A DNA stretch of 64,000 nucleotides. Origin: Mobula hypostoma (Eukaryota). Numbering within the stretch: position 1 is the first letter of the stretch; every line of letters begins with the position of its first letter. Made by a program: the position numbers and the translations under genes. The notes under the pieces are model-generated. The model was not told the DNA's origin, ran no database searches, and was given only the letters and a program-made list of their open reading frames with translations. Below are positions 24,393 through 37,922 of this stretch, in pieces. Location: the NCBI RefSeq assembly GCF_963921235.1, contig NC_086108.1, positions 98,768,001 through 98,832,000 of the forward strand, read 5' to 3'.

Positions 24393-24455
24393 CCCCAACA
24401 GGTCTAGCACACCTGTCTGCAAAAACATTGGTGCCCCTCGAGATCAGGTGTAACT

Positions 24456-25506
24456 CAAGCAACACACATCAAAGTTGCTAGTGAACGCAGCAGGCCAGGC
24501 AGCATCTCTAGGAAGAAGTACAGTTGACGTTTTGAGCCGAGACCCTTCGTCAGGACTAACCGAAAGAAGAGATAGTAAGAGATTTGAAAGTGGGAGGGGG
24601 AGGGGGAGATCCAAAGTGATAGGAGAAGACAGGAGGGGGAGGGATGGAGCCAAGAGCTGGACAGTTGATTGGCAAAAGGGATATGAGAGGATCATGGGAC
24701 AGGAGGCCAAGGGAGAAAGAAAGGGGGAGGGGGGAAGCCCAGAGGATGGACGAGGAGTATAGTGAGAGGGACAGAGGGAGAAAAAGAGAGAGAAAAAAAA
24801 AATATATATAATAATAAATAAGTAACAGATGGGGTACGAGGGGGAGGTAGGGCATTAGCGGAAGTTAGAGAAGTCAATGTTCAAGCCATCAGGTTGGAGG
24901 CTACCCAGACGGAATATAAGGTGTTGTTCCTCCAACCTGAGTGTGGCTTCATCTTGACAGTAGAGGAGGCCGTGGATAGACATGTCAGAATGGGAATGGG
25001 ATGTGGAATTAAAATGTGTGGCCACTGGGAGATCCTGCTTTCTCTGGTGGACAGAGCATAGGTGTTCAGCAAAACGGTCTCCCAGCCGTCGTCGGGTCTC
25101 ACCAATATATAGAAGGCCGCATCGCGAGCACCGGATGCATATATCACCCCTCTCCCTCTGTCCCTCTCACTATACTCCTTGCCCATCCTCTGGGCTTCCC
25201 CCGTCCGCTTTCTTTCTCCCTGGGCCTCCTCTCATATCCCTTTTGCCAATCACCTGTCCAGCTCTTAGCTTCATCCCTCTCCCTCCTGTCTTCTCCTATC
25301 ATTTTGGATCTCCCCCTCCCCCTCCCACTTTCAAATCTCTTACTAGCTCTTCTTTCAGTTAGTCCTGACGAAGGGTCTCGGCCCGAAATGTCGACTGTAC
25401 CTCTCCCTAGAGATGCTGCCTGGCCTGCTGCGTTCACCAGCAACTTTTATGTGTGTTGCTTGAAATTCCAGCATCTGCAGATTTCTTTGTGTTTGCGTTT
25501 TTAAAT
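24456..25506 (+). mobile_element. Fold-back Penelope-like element with asymmetric arms; GIY-YIG on minus in the spacer
   Basis: 12-bp TSD TCAGGTGTAACT (24444-24455, 25507-25518); hammerhead motifs at about 24521-24558 (minus, GAAA>AAAA) and 25361-25396 (plus). Confidence 0.9.
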
Positions 25507-25609
25507 TCAGGTGTAACTTGTCCTTTTTGTACATGTCATACCTTCCCCAGAAGAGATCCAGAAATTTGAAACCCTTCCCCCCTGCACCAGTTCCTCAGCC
25601 GCATATTCA

Positions 25610-26420
25610 TAGAGTCAGAAAAGTACAGCACAGAAACAGGCACTTTGGCCCATCTAGTCCATGCCAAATCATTTAAACTGCGTAGTCCTATTGACCTGCA
25701 CCCGGACCATAGCCCTTCGTACCCCTCCCATCCATGCTAACTTCTCTTAAACATTGCAAATGAGTTTGCATGCACCACTTACTCTGGAAGTTAATTCCAC
25801 ATGCTCAGCCCTTTGAGTGAAGAGGGCTGTTCCCCCCCCCCACCCCCCAATGTTCCTCCTAACATTTCACCTTTCACCCTTAACCCATGACCTCTAGTTG
25901 TAGTCCTACCCAACCTCATGCAAAAAACCTGCTTGTGTTTACCCTGTCTCTATCTCTCATAGTTTTGTATAACCTCTATCAAATCTCCCCTCAGTCTTCT
26001 GTGTTCTGAGAATAGTCTTAAACTCTCAGTCTTTCCTTATAACTCGGGTCCTCCAGTCCTGGCAACATCCTTGTAAACTTACTCTACTCTTTCAACCTTA
26101 TTTTCATCTTTCCTGTAGGTCGCTGACTAAGACTGCACACAGTACTCCAAATTAGGCCTCACCAACATCTTGTACAACTTCAACACAACATCCCACTCCT
26201 GTAATCAATACTTTGATTTATGAAGGCCAATGTGCCAAAAGCTTTCTTTACAACCCAAAAGTGAAGTCACTTTGAATGAATTATGGAGCTGTATTCCCAG
26301 ATTCCTTTGGTCAGTCGCACTCCTCAGTGTGGTACCATTCATTGTGTAAGACCTAGCCTGGTTGGTCCTATCGAAGTGTTGATCCTTGCACTGGTCTGCA
26401 TTAACTTCCATCTGGCATTT
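25610..26420 (-). mobile_element. CR1 LINE 3' fragment nested in CR1
   Basis: CR1 tail and C-terminal ORF2 motifs on minus. Confidence 0.8.
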
Positions 26421-27289
26421 GTCATCTTCCAAAAATTCCCATTCTTACCCTCACTGGTGTGTGGCACAGGCAGCAATCTGGAGATTACTACCCTTGAGGT
26501 CCTACTTTTCAGTTTTCTACCTAAATCCCTATATTCTCTCTTCAAGACATCATCCCTTTTCCTACCTATATCATTGTCCATGATTTCTGGCTGTTCACCT
26601 TCCTGCTTTAAAATGCTGTGGACCTGATCTGAGACATCCCCTTCACCGGCACCAGGGAGACAACATACCATTCAAGTGTCTCTTTCACAGCCACAGAATC
26701 CCCTACCAGTACTGCACTCCACATCGCCCCCACCACCCCACCACCACCCCGCTTCCCTTCTGAACCTCAGAGCCCAAGACCGTCATGTTGCCAGGAGGAA
26801 TTTAAGGTGGGGGGTTATATGGGAGGCAGGGTTTGAGGGTCGGCACAACATTGTGGGCCGAAGGGCCTATAATGTGCTGTACTATTCTATGTATGTCACT
26901 GCAACCTCCTGCTGGTAAGTTGTCCCTTCCAATGGTATCATAAGTGGTATTCTTATTGTTGAGGGGAATGGCTATGGGGGGTATTCTGCAATGACTGCCT
27001 GTTCCCTTTCCCTTTCCTGACAATCACCTGCCTCCTGCAGTTTAGGTGTAACTACCTCCCTATAGCTCTTACCTATCACACATTCTCCTGTATGAGTTGA
27101 AGGTCATCCAGCTGCGGTCCACAACTCTCTACAGCCTCGTCTCGATCCTGCACATTCGAGCCACCTGGTAGCAGAACTGAAGCGCTATTGTAAAGTGTGT
27201 GTGACCTTTTTCAAATGTTAGCTCTGGGTCCACTTTTTATTGCATGCATTAAATAGCTGCAATTTAAAGTATAAGGGTTAGAGTTATAC

Positions 27290-27460
27290 TGTACACAAAA
27301 TGCTGCAAGAACTCAGCAGCTCAGGCAGCAACTGTGGGAAAGGATTAGCGAGTAGACGTTTTGCATCCTGATGAAAGGATCTCAGCCAGAAACTTTGACT
27401 CCCATGGATGTGGGCTATTCTGACCTGCTGAGTTCTTCCAGTGTGTGACGCTCTAGATTT
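27290..27460. mobile_element. Old fold-back Penelope mini-element
   Basis: cacaaaatgctgcaagaactcagcag / ctgctgagttcttccagtgtgtg; central CTGATGA...GAAAC remnant. Confidence 0.65.
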
Positions 27461-27509
27461 AGGGGATAGAGTTAAATACACTCTCACTCCACCAAATTTA
27501 GTACTAAGA

Positions 27510-28708
27510 ACAATAAGTGCTGGAAATACTCAGCATATCAGTCTGCATCAGTGGGAAGAGAAATCATGTTAACATTTCAGGTCCAAGACATTTTATTTCA
27601 ATCTTGACACGCATCACTTTTCCCTCTCAACAGGGACTTTTCCCATTTACATCCATGACTGCTGCTGCTTTGACAGCTTCCAATTTCCTGATAGCAACCA
27701 GTTCATTAATGGAAATACATACCCTCTGCACTTCCATCCCACATCAGGATTGGGGGATTGCCCTTCATTCCAGACTACTCATTCATCTGGCTGAACAACT
27801 TCTTCAACTCCACTAGCTTTCTCCAGATTAGTGTGGCGACAGGAATACTCTTGGGCCCAGGCTGTACTCATCAAGAAAAGTCCTTGTCCAAGTTCCACTC
27901 AGGTTCTGTCCATCAACTCTTTCCTTTTCATTAGTAGTTGTACTGGAGCTGCTCCCTGCATTTGTGCATAACTCAAAATTCATTAGTTTTGTGGCCAGTT
28001 TCCACTCTCCATTTACCTACACATGGTCCATCGCTGACTCTTCCCTTTCTAGATCAGCAGATAGATTAACACTAGGCTCCCACAGCTACTTTCACTATAC
28101 TTCCTTCCACCATGCCCCCTGAAAGCACTCTGTTCCAGTTATCTCTATCATATCTGCATAACAACAAACCTTTATATAGCTCAGAGATATCTTATCAATT
28201 TTATCTGTGACATCCCTTCTACCATTGTTGGCAGAGTTCACCTCATCTATTTCTGCACCAATCTCTCTCCTCCCTTTCCTGCATACATCAAGGACAGAGT
28301 TCCCAATCCCCACTTTCTCCATGACCAGTCTTCACGTTCAATAGATTATCTTTGACAATTCTTTCCACTTGCAATGAAATATCACCAGATCCATCTTCTC
28401 CTCTACCCTCTTTTTCAGAGAGTGTTCCCTTTCTGACTCTCTGGTCCACTCTTCCACTTTCAGCAATCTTTCCATGGCATTCCCGTGCAATCACGGGAGA
28501 TGCACACCTCTTTTACCTGATCATCTAGGAACCCAGATAGGTCTTCCAGGTGAAGCAGTATCTTCTAACTCCCTGTACTGCGTTCTGTGTTTACAGCGTT
28601 GGCATTTCAATAGTAAAGAAACCAAATCAAACTGGGTACCTAATGAGGGTTGTTAGACAGGGAGCACACCACTTTAATTCTCCATCCCATGTCCACTCTG
28701 ACCTATCT
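27510..28708 (+). mobile_element. Ancient Penelope-like element (RT and GIY-YIG remnants); its 3' part continues at 48183-48590
   Basis: Degenerate GP(S)Y and FQV(K)Q motifs, and HFNSPSH.HSDLS ending at 28708. Confidence 0.6.
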
Positions 28709-29535
28709 TGTTATATTCTGTAACTCCAGAAATCATCGAAAGAAAAACATGGGAGCCAGGAGGTGAGCGTATACCTTCATTTTTAGTGAAGCGGGCACTT
28801 ATGATGTGGCATAATAATGTACTCCATTCACATACTTCTTACAAATAACCAGGAATGAAAAATGTAAGAATAAATGGCCTACTGTAATGAATAACTGGCC
28901 TAAGAGTTTGGCTCACCTTTGGAGGCCTAGGATCTCGGGGCTCTGGAGACGGTGTCACAGCAGGAGATCCATGTGTCCTCGGGGGAGTCGGAAGATCTCC
29001 AGCTTGTATGCCCAGAGACCCGAGATCTTTGGGCACAGAGCTCGAAAAAGTGACGTAATGGACTTTTAACATCGTAAACCAGTGAGTTGTTTGTTATGTC
29101 TCCCCTCTCACTGTGAAACGGAGACATCTCTTTCCTCCTTATTAGCAAGAGAGAGAACCTGTGGTATGTCGAATGCCGGGTGAACAATGTAGTCTTTGGT
29201 GTACTGCAAGTCTGTGTCTTTGCTCACACTTGAATGCTCGGTGGTGGGTGCTGCTGCTTTTTTTTGCCAGGGTGGGGATTGTTGCTTGCTGCCGCTTAAG
29301 CGCGGGAGGGAGGGGAACTGGGGAGTACTTTGGGGTTCTAACATTTAACTGTCGTTCATTCTTTGGGGCACTCCTCTGTTTTTGTGGATGGCTGCGAAGA
29401 AAAAGCATTTCAGGATGTATATTATATACATTTCTCTGACATTAAATGTAGCTTTGAAACCTTTGAAACAAAGAATGCTTAAACAATATATTTACGATAT
29501 TACTCAAATATTAGTGAAATGTTAAATACACAGCA
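28709..29535 (-). repeat. Gypsy 3' LTR, containing an insertion at 28868-29465
   Basis: TG...CA ends; tgtaactccagaaa and acaatatatttac shared with 47827-48182. Confidence 0.75.
28868..29465 (+). mobile_element. Non-coding LINE-derived short element (same family at 30150-30520 on -, 45655-46430 on -, 47991-48123 on +)
   Basis: Shared ggggttctaacatttaactgtc..gcactcctctgtttt..tttctctgacattaaatgta; (CTTTGAAA)n tail. Confidence 0.75.
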
Positions 29536-29729
29536 CTGCTTCATGCTTAGCTATAAACTCCCACTCTATATAAAATATCAGTCTTTAATCATCAAAACAC
29601 AGCATATTATATAATACAGCTACTATATAGACATCCACAGCATAGTAAATATTAAATTGACCCATTCAGGCTTCAAGATTTAATCGCTACGGAGGATTTC
29701 TTGCTCTCATCAAAAAGACGGGATCCATC

Positions 29730-30148
29730 CTTGGCTACAACCTGGACTCTTCTGAGTTAGTGGTGGAGAGGAGGTTACGAAACAAACTGTTACCATTATG
29801 GACAATCTGGGTCATCCTCTCCACGACCTACTGAATAAGCAGCAGAGCACCTTTTCGAACAGACCCGTTCAGCTCTGCTGTCACAAGGATCGTTACAGAA
29901 AATCTTTATTACCAAATGCAACAGGCATGTACAGCAGTTCACCTCTGTGCGACAGGAAAACACACATCATAGTATGATAGCCTCTGCTCTATTATTTCGT
30001 ACATTATTACCGCACATTGGCAATTTATTATTGTGTATATTATTATTCTGTACTTTATTTTAGTTAAGTCTGCACACTGCTGTGTGTTTTTAAATATTTC
30101 TGCTGTAATGAAAGAATTCCCCATTCGGGAGCAATTATTATTATTATA
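29730..30148 (+). mobile_element. Rex1/Babar LINE 3' fragment
   Basis: IMDNLGHPLHD..RYRKSLLPNA motif; (ATT)n tail. Confidence 0.6.
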
Positions 30149-31014
30149 TCTTTCAGAGTTACATTTAATCTCAGAGAAATGTATACAATATACATCCTGA
30201 AATGCTTTTTCTTCGCAATCATCCATGAAAACAGAGGAGTGCCCCAAAGAATGAACGACAGTTAAATGTTAGAACCCCAAGTACCGTCCAGCTCCCCTCC
30301 CTCCCGTGCATGAGCGGCAGCAAGCACCAATCCCCCTCCCCCACCGGCAAAAAAAAAACATCGGCAACCACCACTGAGCACTCAAATGTGAGCAAAGCAA
30401 CAGCAAGGACCCAAACTTGCAGTTACCCCAAAGTCTACTTGTTCACCCAGTAATTCAACATACCACAGGCTCTCTCTCTCCCTCCCTAATAAGGGAGAAA
30501 GAGGTGTCTACGTTTCACATCCTGACAAGGTGTGCCTATGAAACAATTTCAAGTTCTGGGGCCTCCTCTGTGGTGTTTAAGAGTTGACACTGGGACCTCA
30601 TGAAGTGGTTCTGACAGCTCCAGACACCTTTCTTCTCTAACAATTGAGTCTGCTCTCTTCAACGTGTTGGCTCCAAATGACATCAAGTGTAATCTCCACT
30701 GTGTAGAAGAATAATTCAGTTCTGTCTTTAATATTTCCAAGTACCCACATTTGATCACCTTTGTAGTCCCTCGCCAGGACTACTAGTCCAGGAGTGAAAT
30801 GTCAAACCTCCGAGTTGAAGGAGTCCTCAATTTGTCTCACTGTTTGTCCTGCACACAGCTTCTGAGATTAAGTTTGAGCACAAGGATGATCTGGGAGCAG
30901 GAATTGTTGTTTGAGGAGAGTGCTGCATTGCAATATGCAAGTAGCAAATTGGTGAGCTTCTGATTCAGTGTTAGTGAGAAGTTGAAGTGTAATATATCGG
31001 AATTTGGATGCATC

Positions 31015-32679
31015 AGGCTAAATTTGCCGATGATACAAAGATTGGTGGAGCAGTGGGTAGTGTTGAGGAAACAGAGAACCTGCAGAGAGACTTAGATAGT
31101 TTAGGGGAATGGGCAAAAAAAATGGAAAATGAAATACAATGTTGAAAAGTGTATGGTCATGCACTTTGGTGGAAGAACTAAATGGGCAGACTATTATTTA
31201 GATGAGGAGAAAATTCAAAATGCAGAGATGCAAAGGGACTTGGGAGTCCTTGTGCAGGATGCCCTAAAGGTTAACCTCCAGGTTGAGTCAGTGGTGAAGA
31301 AGGCAAATGCAATGTTGACATTCATTTCTAGAGGTATTGAATATAAGAGCAGGGATGTGATGTTGAGGCTCTATAAGGCACTTGTGAGACCACACTGGAG
31401 TATTGTGTGCAGTTTTGGGCTCCTTATTTTAGAAAGGATAAACTGACATTTTGGAATGGAAGTAAGTGCTGAGAAAACCAAGCTCATGGCAAATACCAAT
31501 GGTGCCAACACAACAGACATCTCAGTCCATGGTCAGAAACTTGAGCAGTTCAAATACCTGGGGGCAATCAACAGTGATGAAGGATCAAGACCGGAAGTCC
31601 TGGCAAGGACCGCACAATGACTGCACTATCCAAACTCAAGACAATATGGAGAGACAGCAACATCACCATGAAGTACAAGATCAGACTCCTGCGTGCGTTG
31701 GTATTCTCCATCTTCCTGTACGCATGTGAGACATGGACCCTCACAGCAGAGCTACAGAGGAAGATACAGGCATTGGAAATGAGATGTTATCGCAACATCT
31801 TGGGCATCTCATACTTGGTCCACATCACAAATGAGCAGGTCCACAAGACCATCCAGCACCACATTGGCCCCCATGAAGACCTTCTCACAACGGTGAAGAA
31901 AAGAAAGCTGAGATGGTACGGCCATGTAACAAGATCCAGTGGCCTTGCAAAGACTGTTCTACAAGGAACGTGGAGGGGAAAAGAAGGAGCGGTAGACAGA
32001 GGAAAAGATGGATGGACAACATTAAAGAATGGACAGGGAAAACATTTGCGGTGACCCAGGCTCTGGCACATAACCACGACAGATGGAACAGACTGGTGCA
32101 AAGCTTGTCATGACGGTGCCCCGATGACTCCACCAGAAGTTAAGGGTGCAAGGAAGGAAGGAAGGTACTGACGTTGGAGAGGTTTCAGAGAAGATTCACA
32201 GGAATGATTGCAGAAATGAAAGGGTTACCATATGAGAAAAGTCTGGCAGCTCTTGGGCTGTATTCCCTGGAGTTCAGGAGAATGAGGAGGGATCTCATAA
32301 AAAACATTCCGAATGTTAAAAGGCCTGAACAGATTAGATATATGGCAAAGTTATTTCCCATGGTAGGGGGTTCTAGGGCAAGAGGGCACGAATTCAGGAT
32401 TGAAGGACGTCCATTTAGAACAGAAGTGTGGAGAAATTATTTTAGTCAGAGGTTGGTAAATCTGTGGAATTTGTTGCCACAAGTGGCTGCGGAGCCCAAA
32501 TCGTTGGGTCATTTAAGGCAGAGATAGATAGGTTCTTGATTAGCCAGGGCATCGAAGGACATAGGGAGAAGGCAGGGGAGTGGGGATGACTGGAAGAATT
32601 GGATCAGCCCATGACTGAATGGTGAAACAGACTTGATGGTCCAAATGGCCTACTTCAGCTCCTATATCTTATGATCTAA
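31015..32679 (+). mobile_element. 5'-truncated CR1 LINE split by an RTE insertion
   Basis: KFADDTK at about 31020; ORFs 31129..31446 and 32174..32527; CR1 tail. Confidence 0.9.
31451..32166 (+). mobile_element. RTE-clade (BovB-like) LINE 3' fragment
   Basis: KIRLLRALVFSIFLYACETWTL..LEMRCYRNILGI..KLRWYGHV..GRQRKRWMDNIKEWTG; (GGAA)n tail; TSD ACTGAC(A/G)TT (31442-31450, 32167-32175). Confidence 0.9.
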
Positions 32680-34840
32680 TTACAGTGGAGTAAAGGGAAT
32701 TACAGAGGTGTGAGAGAGAGTTATTCACAATTGCTTGGAAAAGAATACTGGAAAGGACAATGGCAAAGCAGCAATGGCTGGAATTTCTAGAAGCAATTCA
32801 GAAGGCAAAGAATGTATACATCCCAAAGAGGAAGAAGTATTCTAAAGGAAAGATGATACAACTGTGACCAATTAGTGAAGTCAAAGCCAACATATATGCC
32901 CTCCCTTTGGCACTTAAAATTAGTGGGATGTTAGAGAATTGGAAAGCTTTAAAAAAACCAGCGGAAGACAACTTAAAAAGTAATTAAGGTAAAGATGGCA
33001 TATTAAAGTAAGCGGCCTGTAATATTAAAAGAGGATACCAAATGTTTCATCAGATCGATAAAGTGTAAAAGAGAGGCAAGAATGGATATTGGACCACTGG
33101 AGAAGGATGCTGGAGAGGCAGTAATGGGGGACAATAAAATGACAGACGAACTGAATAAGTTTTTTGCATCAGTCTTCATAGTGGAAGACATTATCAGTAT
33201 GCTGGAAGTTCCAGGTGTCAGGGGACAAGAAGTGTGTGAAGTTACGATTATTAGAGGGAAGATTCTTGGGAAACTGAAAGTTCTGAAGATAGATAAGTCA
33301 CCTGGACTAGATGGTGTCTACCCCTGAGTTCTGAAAAAGGTGGCTGAAAAAATTGTGGAGGCCTTAGTAATGATTTTTCAAGCATGGCTTATTCTGGTAC
33401 GGTTCTGGAAGACTAGAAATTTGCAAATGTCACTCCACTCTTCAAGAAGGGAGAGAGGCAGAAGAAAGGAAACTATAGTCTGACCTCAGTGATTGGGAAG
33501 ATGTTGGAGTTAATTATTAAGGGTGAGGTCTCAGGATACTTGGAGGCACACGATAAAATAGGCCATAGTCAGCATGGTTCCCTCAAGGTAAAATCCTGCC
33601 TGATAAATCTGTTGGAAATCTTTGAAGAAATAACAAGCAGGATAGACAAAGGAGAAGCGGTTGCTGTTGTGTATTTGGATTTTCAGAAGGCCTTGGACAA
33701 GGTGCCACATGTGAGGCTGCTTAACAAGCTATGAGCCCATTGTATTACAGGGAAGATTCTAGCATGGATAAAGCAGTGGCTGATTAGCAGGAGGTAAAGA
33801 GTGGGAATAAAGGGAGCCTTTTCTGACTGGCTGCCAGTGACTAGTGATGTTCCACAGGGGTCTGTGACGGGACCAATTCTTTTTACGTCATATATCAATG
33901 ATTTGGATGATGGAATTGATAGCTTTGTTGTAAAGTTTGCAGATGATATGAAGATAGGTAGAGGGGCAGGTAGTTTTAAGGATGCAGAGAGGCTGAAGAA
34001 GGCCTTAGAGAGGTTAGGAGAATGGGCAAAGAAATGACAGATGGAATACAATGTCAGTAAGTGTATGGTCAAGCACTTTGGTAGAAGAAATGAAAAGGTT
34101 GACTGTTTTCTAAATGGAGAGAAAATACAAAAAAAAACTGAGGCACAGATGGACGCGGGAGTCCTTGTGTAGGCTTCCCTAAAGGTTAATTTGCAGGTTG
34201 AGTCTGTGGTGAGGAAGGCAAATGCCATGTTAGCATTCATTTCATGAGGACAAAAATATAAGAGCAAAGATATAAGGTTGAAATTTTATAAAGCACTGAT
34301 GAGGCCTCACTTGGGGTAATGTGAGCAGGTTTGGCTCCTTATCTTAGAAAGGATGTGTTGAAACTGGAGAGAGTTCAAAGAAGGTTCACAAAAATGATTC
34401 CAGGATTGAATGGCTTCTTATATGTAGAGTGATTGATAGCTCTGGATCTGTATTCACCAGAGTTCAGCAGAATGAGGGGTGACCTCATTAAACCTATCGA
34501 ATAGTGAAAGGCCTTGATAGAGTGGATGTGGAGAAGATGTTTCACATGGTGGAAGAGTTTAAGACCAGAAGACACAGCCTCAAAATAGAGGGGCATCCTT
34601 TTAGATCATTTAGCCAGAAAGTGGTTAATCTGTGGAAATCTTTGCCTCAGGCAGCTGTGGAGGCCAAGTCTTTATGTATATTTAAGGCAGAGGTTGGTAG
34701 ATTTTTGACTGGTCAGGGCATGAATGGATGTGGGGCGAAGGCAAGGGTCTGAGAGGCAAATTGGATCAGCCATGATAAAATAGTGGAACAGACTCGATGG
34801 GTCAAATGGCCTAATTCTGCTCATATATCTTATGATCTTA
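32680..34840 (+). mobile_element. Decayed CR1 LINE ORF2 and tail
   Basis: ORFs 33082..33327, 33489..33734 and 33801..34037 (FADDMK). Confidence 0.9.
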
Positions 34841-35206
34841 TTCCCAGGGATGGAGAGGCACTGCTCTTAGCATCTTCTGAAAGTGCTGGCATCCTGATAA
34901 ATGCATAGAAAGCCGCTCAATCCACTAGTCTATCCCAGACCTCTAGATACAGCATCAAGTAATGTTTTTATTTTGATCATACCTGGATGACCGGCATGTA
35001 GCTCCTTCAATACTTTAGCTGCCAGCTTGGATGAGCTCCATAGCCTTTGCATCAGGTTCGCTTACTGCTGCAGAGAAAAATTATGCATAGATTAACAGAG
35101 TCATTGAGTCTAATTTGAGGTGTAAAACATTTCAACCATTGAATTGAATTGACCTTATTTCTTACATCCTTCACATACATGAGTAAAAATCTTTACATTA
35201 CATCTC

Positions 35207-36420
35207 ATAGAACATAGAATAGTACAGCACAGTACAGGCCCTTCGGCCCACAATGTTGTGCCAACCCTCAAACCCTGCCTCCCATATAAGCCCCCACCTT
35301 GAATTCCTCCATATACCTGTCTAGTAGTCTCTTAAACTTCACTGGTGTATCTGCCTCCACCACAGACTCAGGCAGTGCATTCCACACACCAACCACTCTC
35401 TGAGTAAAAAAACCTTCCTCTAATATCCCCCTTGAACTTCCCACCCCTTACCTTAAAGCCATGTCCTCTTGTATTGAGCAGTGGTGCCCTGGGGAAGAGG
35501 CGCTGGCTATCCACTCTATCTATTCCTCTTATTATCTTGTACACCTCTATCATGTCCCCTCTCATCTTCCTTCTCTCCAAAGAGTAAAGCCCTAGCTCCC
35601 TTAATCTCTGATCGTAATGCATACTCTATAAACCGGGCAGCATCCTGGTAAATCTCCTCTGTACCCTTTCCAATGCTTCCACATCCTTCCTATAGTGAGG
35701 CAACCAGAACTGGACACTGTACTCCAGGTGTGGCCTAACCAGAGTTTTATAGAGCTGCATCATTACATCACCACTCTTAAACTCTATCCCTCAACTTATG
35801 AAAGCTAACACCCCATAAGCTTTCTTAACTACCCTACCCACCTGTGAGGCAACTTTCCAGGATCTGTGGACATGTACCCCCAGAACCCTCTGCTCCTCCA
35901 CACTACCAAGTATCCTGCCATTTACTTTGTTCTAGCCTTACAGTCTCATAATTTGCCCTTCCCCAATTAAAAATTTTCCTATCCTCTCTGATTCTATCCT
36001 TTTCCATGATAATGCTAAAGGCCAGGTAGCAGTGGTCGCTATCCCCCAGATGCTCAACCACTGAGAGATCTGTGACCTGACCCGGTTCATTACCTAGTAC
36101 TAGATCTAGTATGGCATTCCCCCTGGTCGGCCTGTCCACATACTGTGACCGGAATCCGTCCTGGACACACTAAACAAACTCTGCCCCATCTGAACCCTTG
36201 GAACTAATCAGGTGCCAATCAATATTAGGGAAGTTAAAGTCACCCATGATAACAACCCTGTTATTTTTGCACCTTTCCGAAATCTGCCTCCCAATCTGCT
36301 CCTCTGTATCTCTGCTGCTACCAGGGGGCCTACAGAATACCCCCAGTAGAGTAACTGCTCCCTTCCTGTTCCTGACTTCCACCCATACTGACTCAAAAGA
36401 GAAGCCTGCTACATTACCCA
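35207..36420 (-). mobile_element. Internally deleted CR1 (endonuclease part fused to the 3' end)
   Basis: ORF 36170..36421 (MGDFNFPNIDW) and 35903..36139 (ILDLVL..GDSDH) joined near 35930 to the C-terminus 35368..35622 and tail. Confidence 0.85.
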
Positions 36421-37922
36421 TCTGTCTAAATGTGCAATTTATACAAATTTGTAATAAATAGTATGTACAATAGGACAGTCAGTATAGCATAGAAATGCAA
36501 TTGTATCAGCATGAATTAATCAGTCTGAAGGCCTGGTGGAAGAAGCTGTCCCGGAGCCCGTTGGTCCTGGCTTTTATGCTGTGGTAACGTTTCCTGGATT
36601 GTAGCAGCTGGAACAGTTTGTGGTTGGGGTGACTCGTGTCCCCAATGATCCTTTGGGCTCTTTTTACACACCTGTCTCTGTAAATGCCCTGAATCACGGG
36701 AAGTTCACAACTACAGATGTGCTGGGCTGTCCGCACCACTCTCTGCAGAGTCCTATAATTGAGGGAAGTACAGTTCTCCTAGCAGACAGTGATTCAGCCT
36801 GTCAGGATACTCTCAATTGTGCCGCTGCTCCATAGGATTTGGGTCTCATGCCAAACTTCTTCAACCGTCTGAGGTGAAAGAGGCGCTGTTGTGCCTTTTT
36901 CGCCACACAGCTGGTATGTACAGGCCACATGAGATCCTCGGTGATGTGGATGCCGAGGAACTTAAAAGCTGTTCACCCTCTCAACCCCAGATCCATTTAT
37001 GTCAGTAGGGGTTAGCCCATCTCCATTCCTCTTGTAGTGCACAACCAGCTCCTTTGTTTTTGCAACATTGTGGGAGAGGTTGGTTTCTTGACACCACTGT
37101 GTCAGGGTGATGAATTCCTCTCTATAGGCTGCCTCATTATTATCTGAGATAAGGCCAATCAATGTAGCATCATCAGCAAATTTAATTCGCAGATTGGAGC
37201 TGTGCTGTTGACACAGTCATGGGTATACAGAGAGTAAAGGAGGGGGTTTAGGACACAGCCCTGGGGGCACCTGTTTTGAGGGGCAGAGGTGAGGGAGCCC
37301 ACTCTTACCACCTGCCGGCGGTCTGAGAGGAAGTCCAGAATCCAGCTACACGAGACAGGGTGAAAACCGAGGTCTCTGAACTTCTTGTTGAGCCTGGAGG
37401 GAATTATGCTGTTGAATGCTGAGCTGTTGTCCAAGAACAGCATTCTCACATAAGCATCCTTCTTCCCCAGATGTGTAAGGATGGTGTGTAGAGCAGTGGC
37501 TATTGTGTCGTCTGTCAATCGGTTGTGTCGGTAGGTGAATTGTAGGGGGTCCAGTGTGAGTGGTAGCAAGCTGCAGATGTAGTCCTTGACCAGAATCTTA
37601 AAGCATTTGCTTATTATTGAGGTGAGTGCAACAGGACGCCAGTCATTCAGACATTTTACCTTGGTCTTTTCAGATACAGGAACAAAGGTGGATGTTTTGA
37701 AGCCGGAGGGCACTCTACACTGGGAGAGGGAGAGATTGAAAATATCTGGAAACACATCTGCCGGTTGTGCCATGCATATTCTGAGTACTTGCCCTGGGAT
37801 GCCCTCCTATCCCGCAGCCTTGCAACTGTCCACTCGTAGGAAACTCCTCAGTGCTTCAGCCTCAGAGATGACCAAGGTACAGGTTGCTTCGTCAGCTCTC
37901 TACGGGTGCTCAGTGTTGGTGG
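36421..37922 (-). mobile_element. Rex1/Babar LINE RT region (tail at about 35145-35206; upstream piece at about 41360-41550)
   Basis: ORF 37159..37773: CLNDWRPVALTS, LDPLQFTYR, VRMLFLDNSSAFN, PQGCVLNPLLYSLYT; PNQKPWI at about 41430. Confidence 0.88.

Larger units (their letters stand above)
20235..27130 (-). mobile_element. Long decayed CR1 LINE (tail, RT, endonuclease, ORF1 esterase remnant) with several nested insertions
   Basis: Minus ORFs 20943..21155, 21195..21599, 22318..22677 and 26339..26671 (LKSRTSRVVISRLLPV); nested pieces at about 20331-20680, 21990-22522, 22965-23260, 24456-25506, 25610-26420 and 26770-26895. Confidence 0.85.

Noticed and set aside
2411..25506. Recurring palindromic repeats as a CRISPR array or REP-like bacterial repeats
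   Set aside because: Dispersed, each with its own TSD, linked to GIY-YIG sequence and set in an intron-containing vertebrate locus; no regular spacers or cas genes
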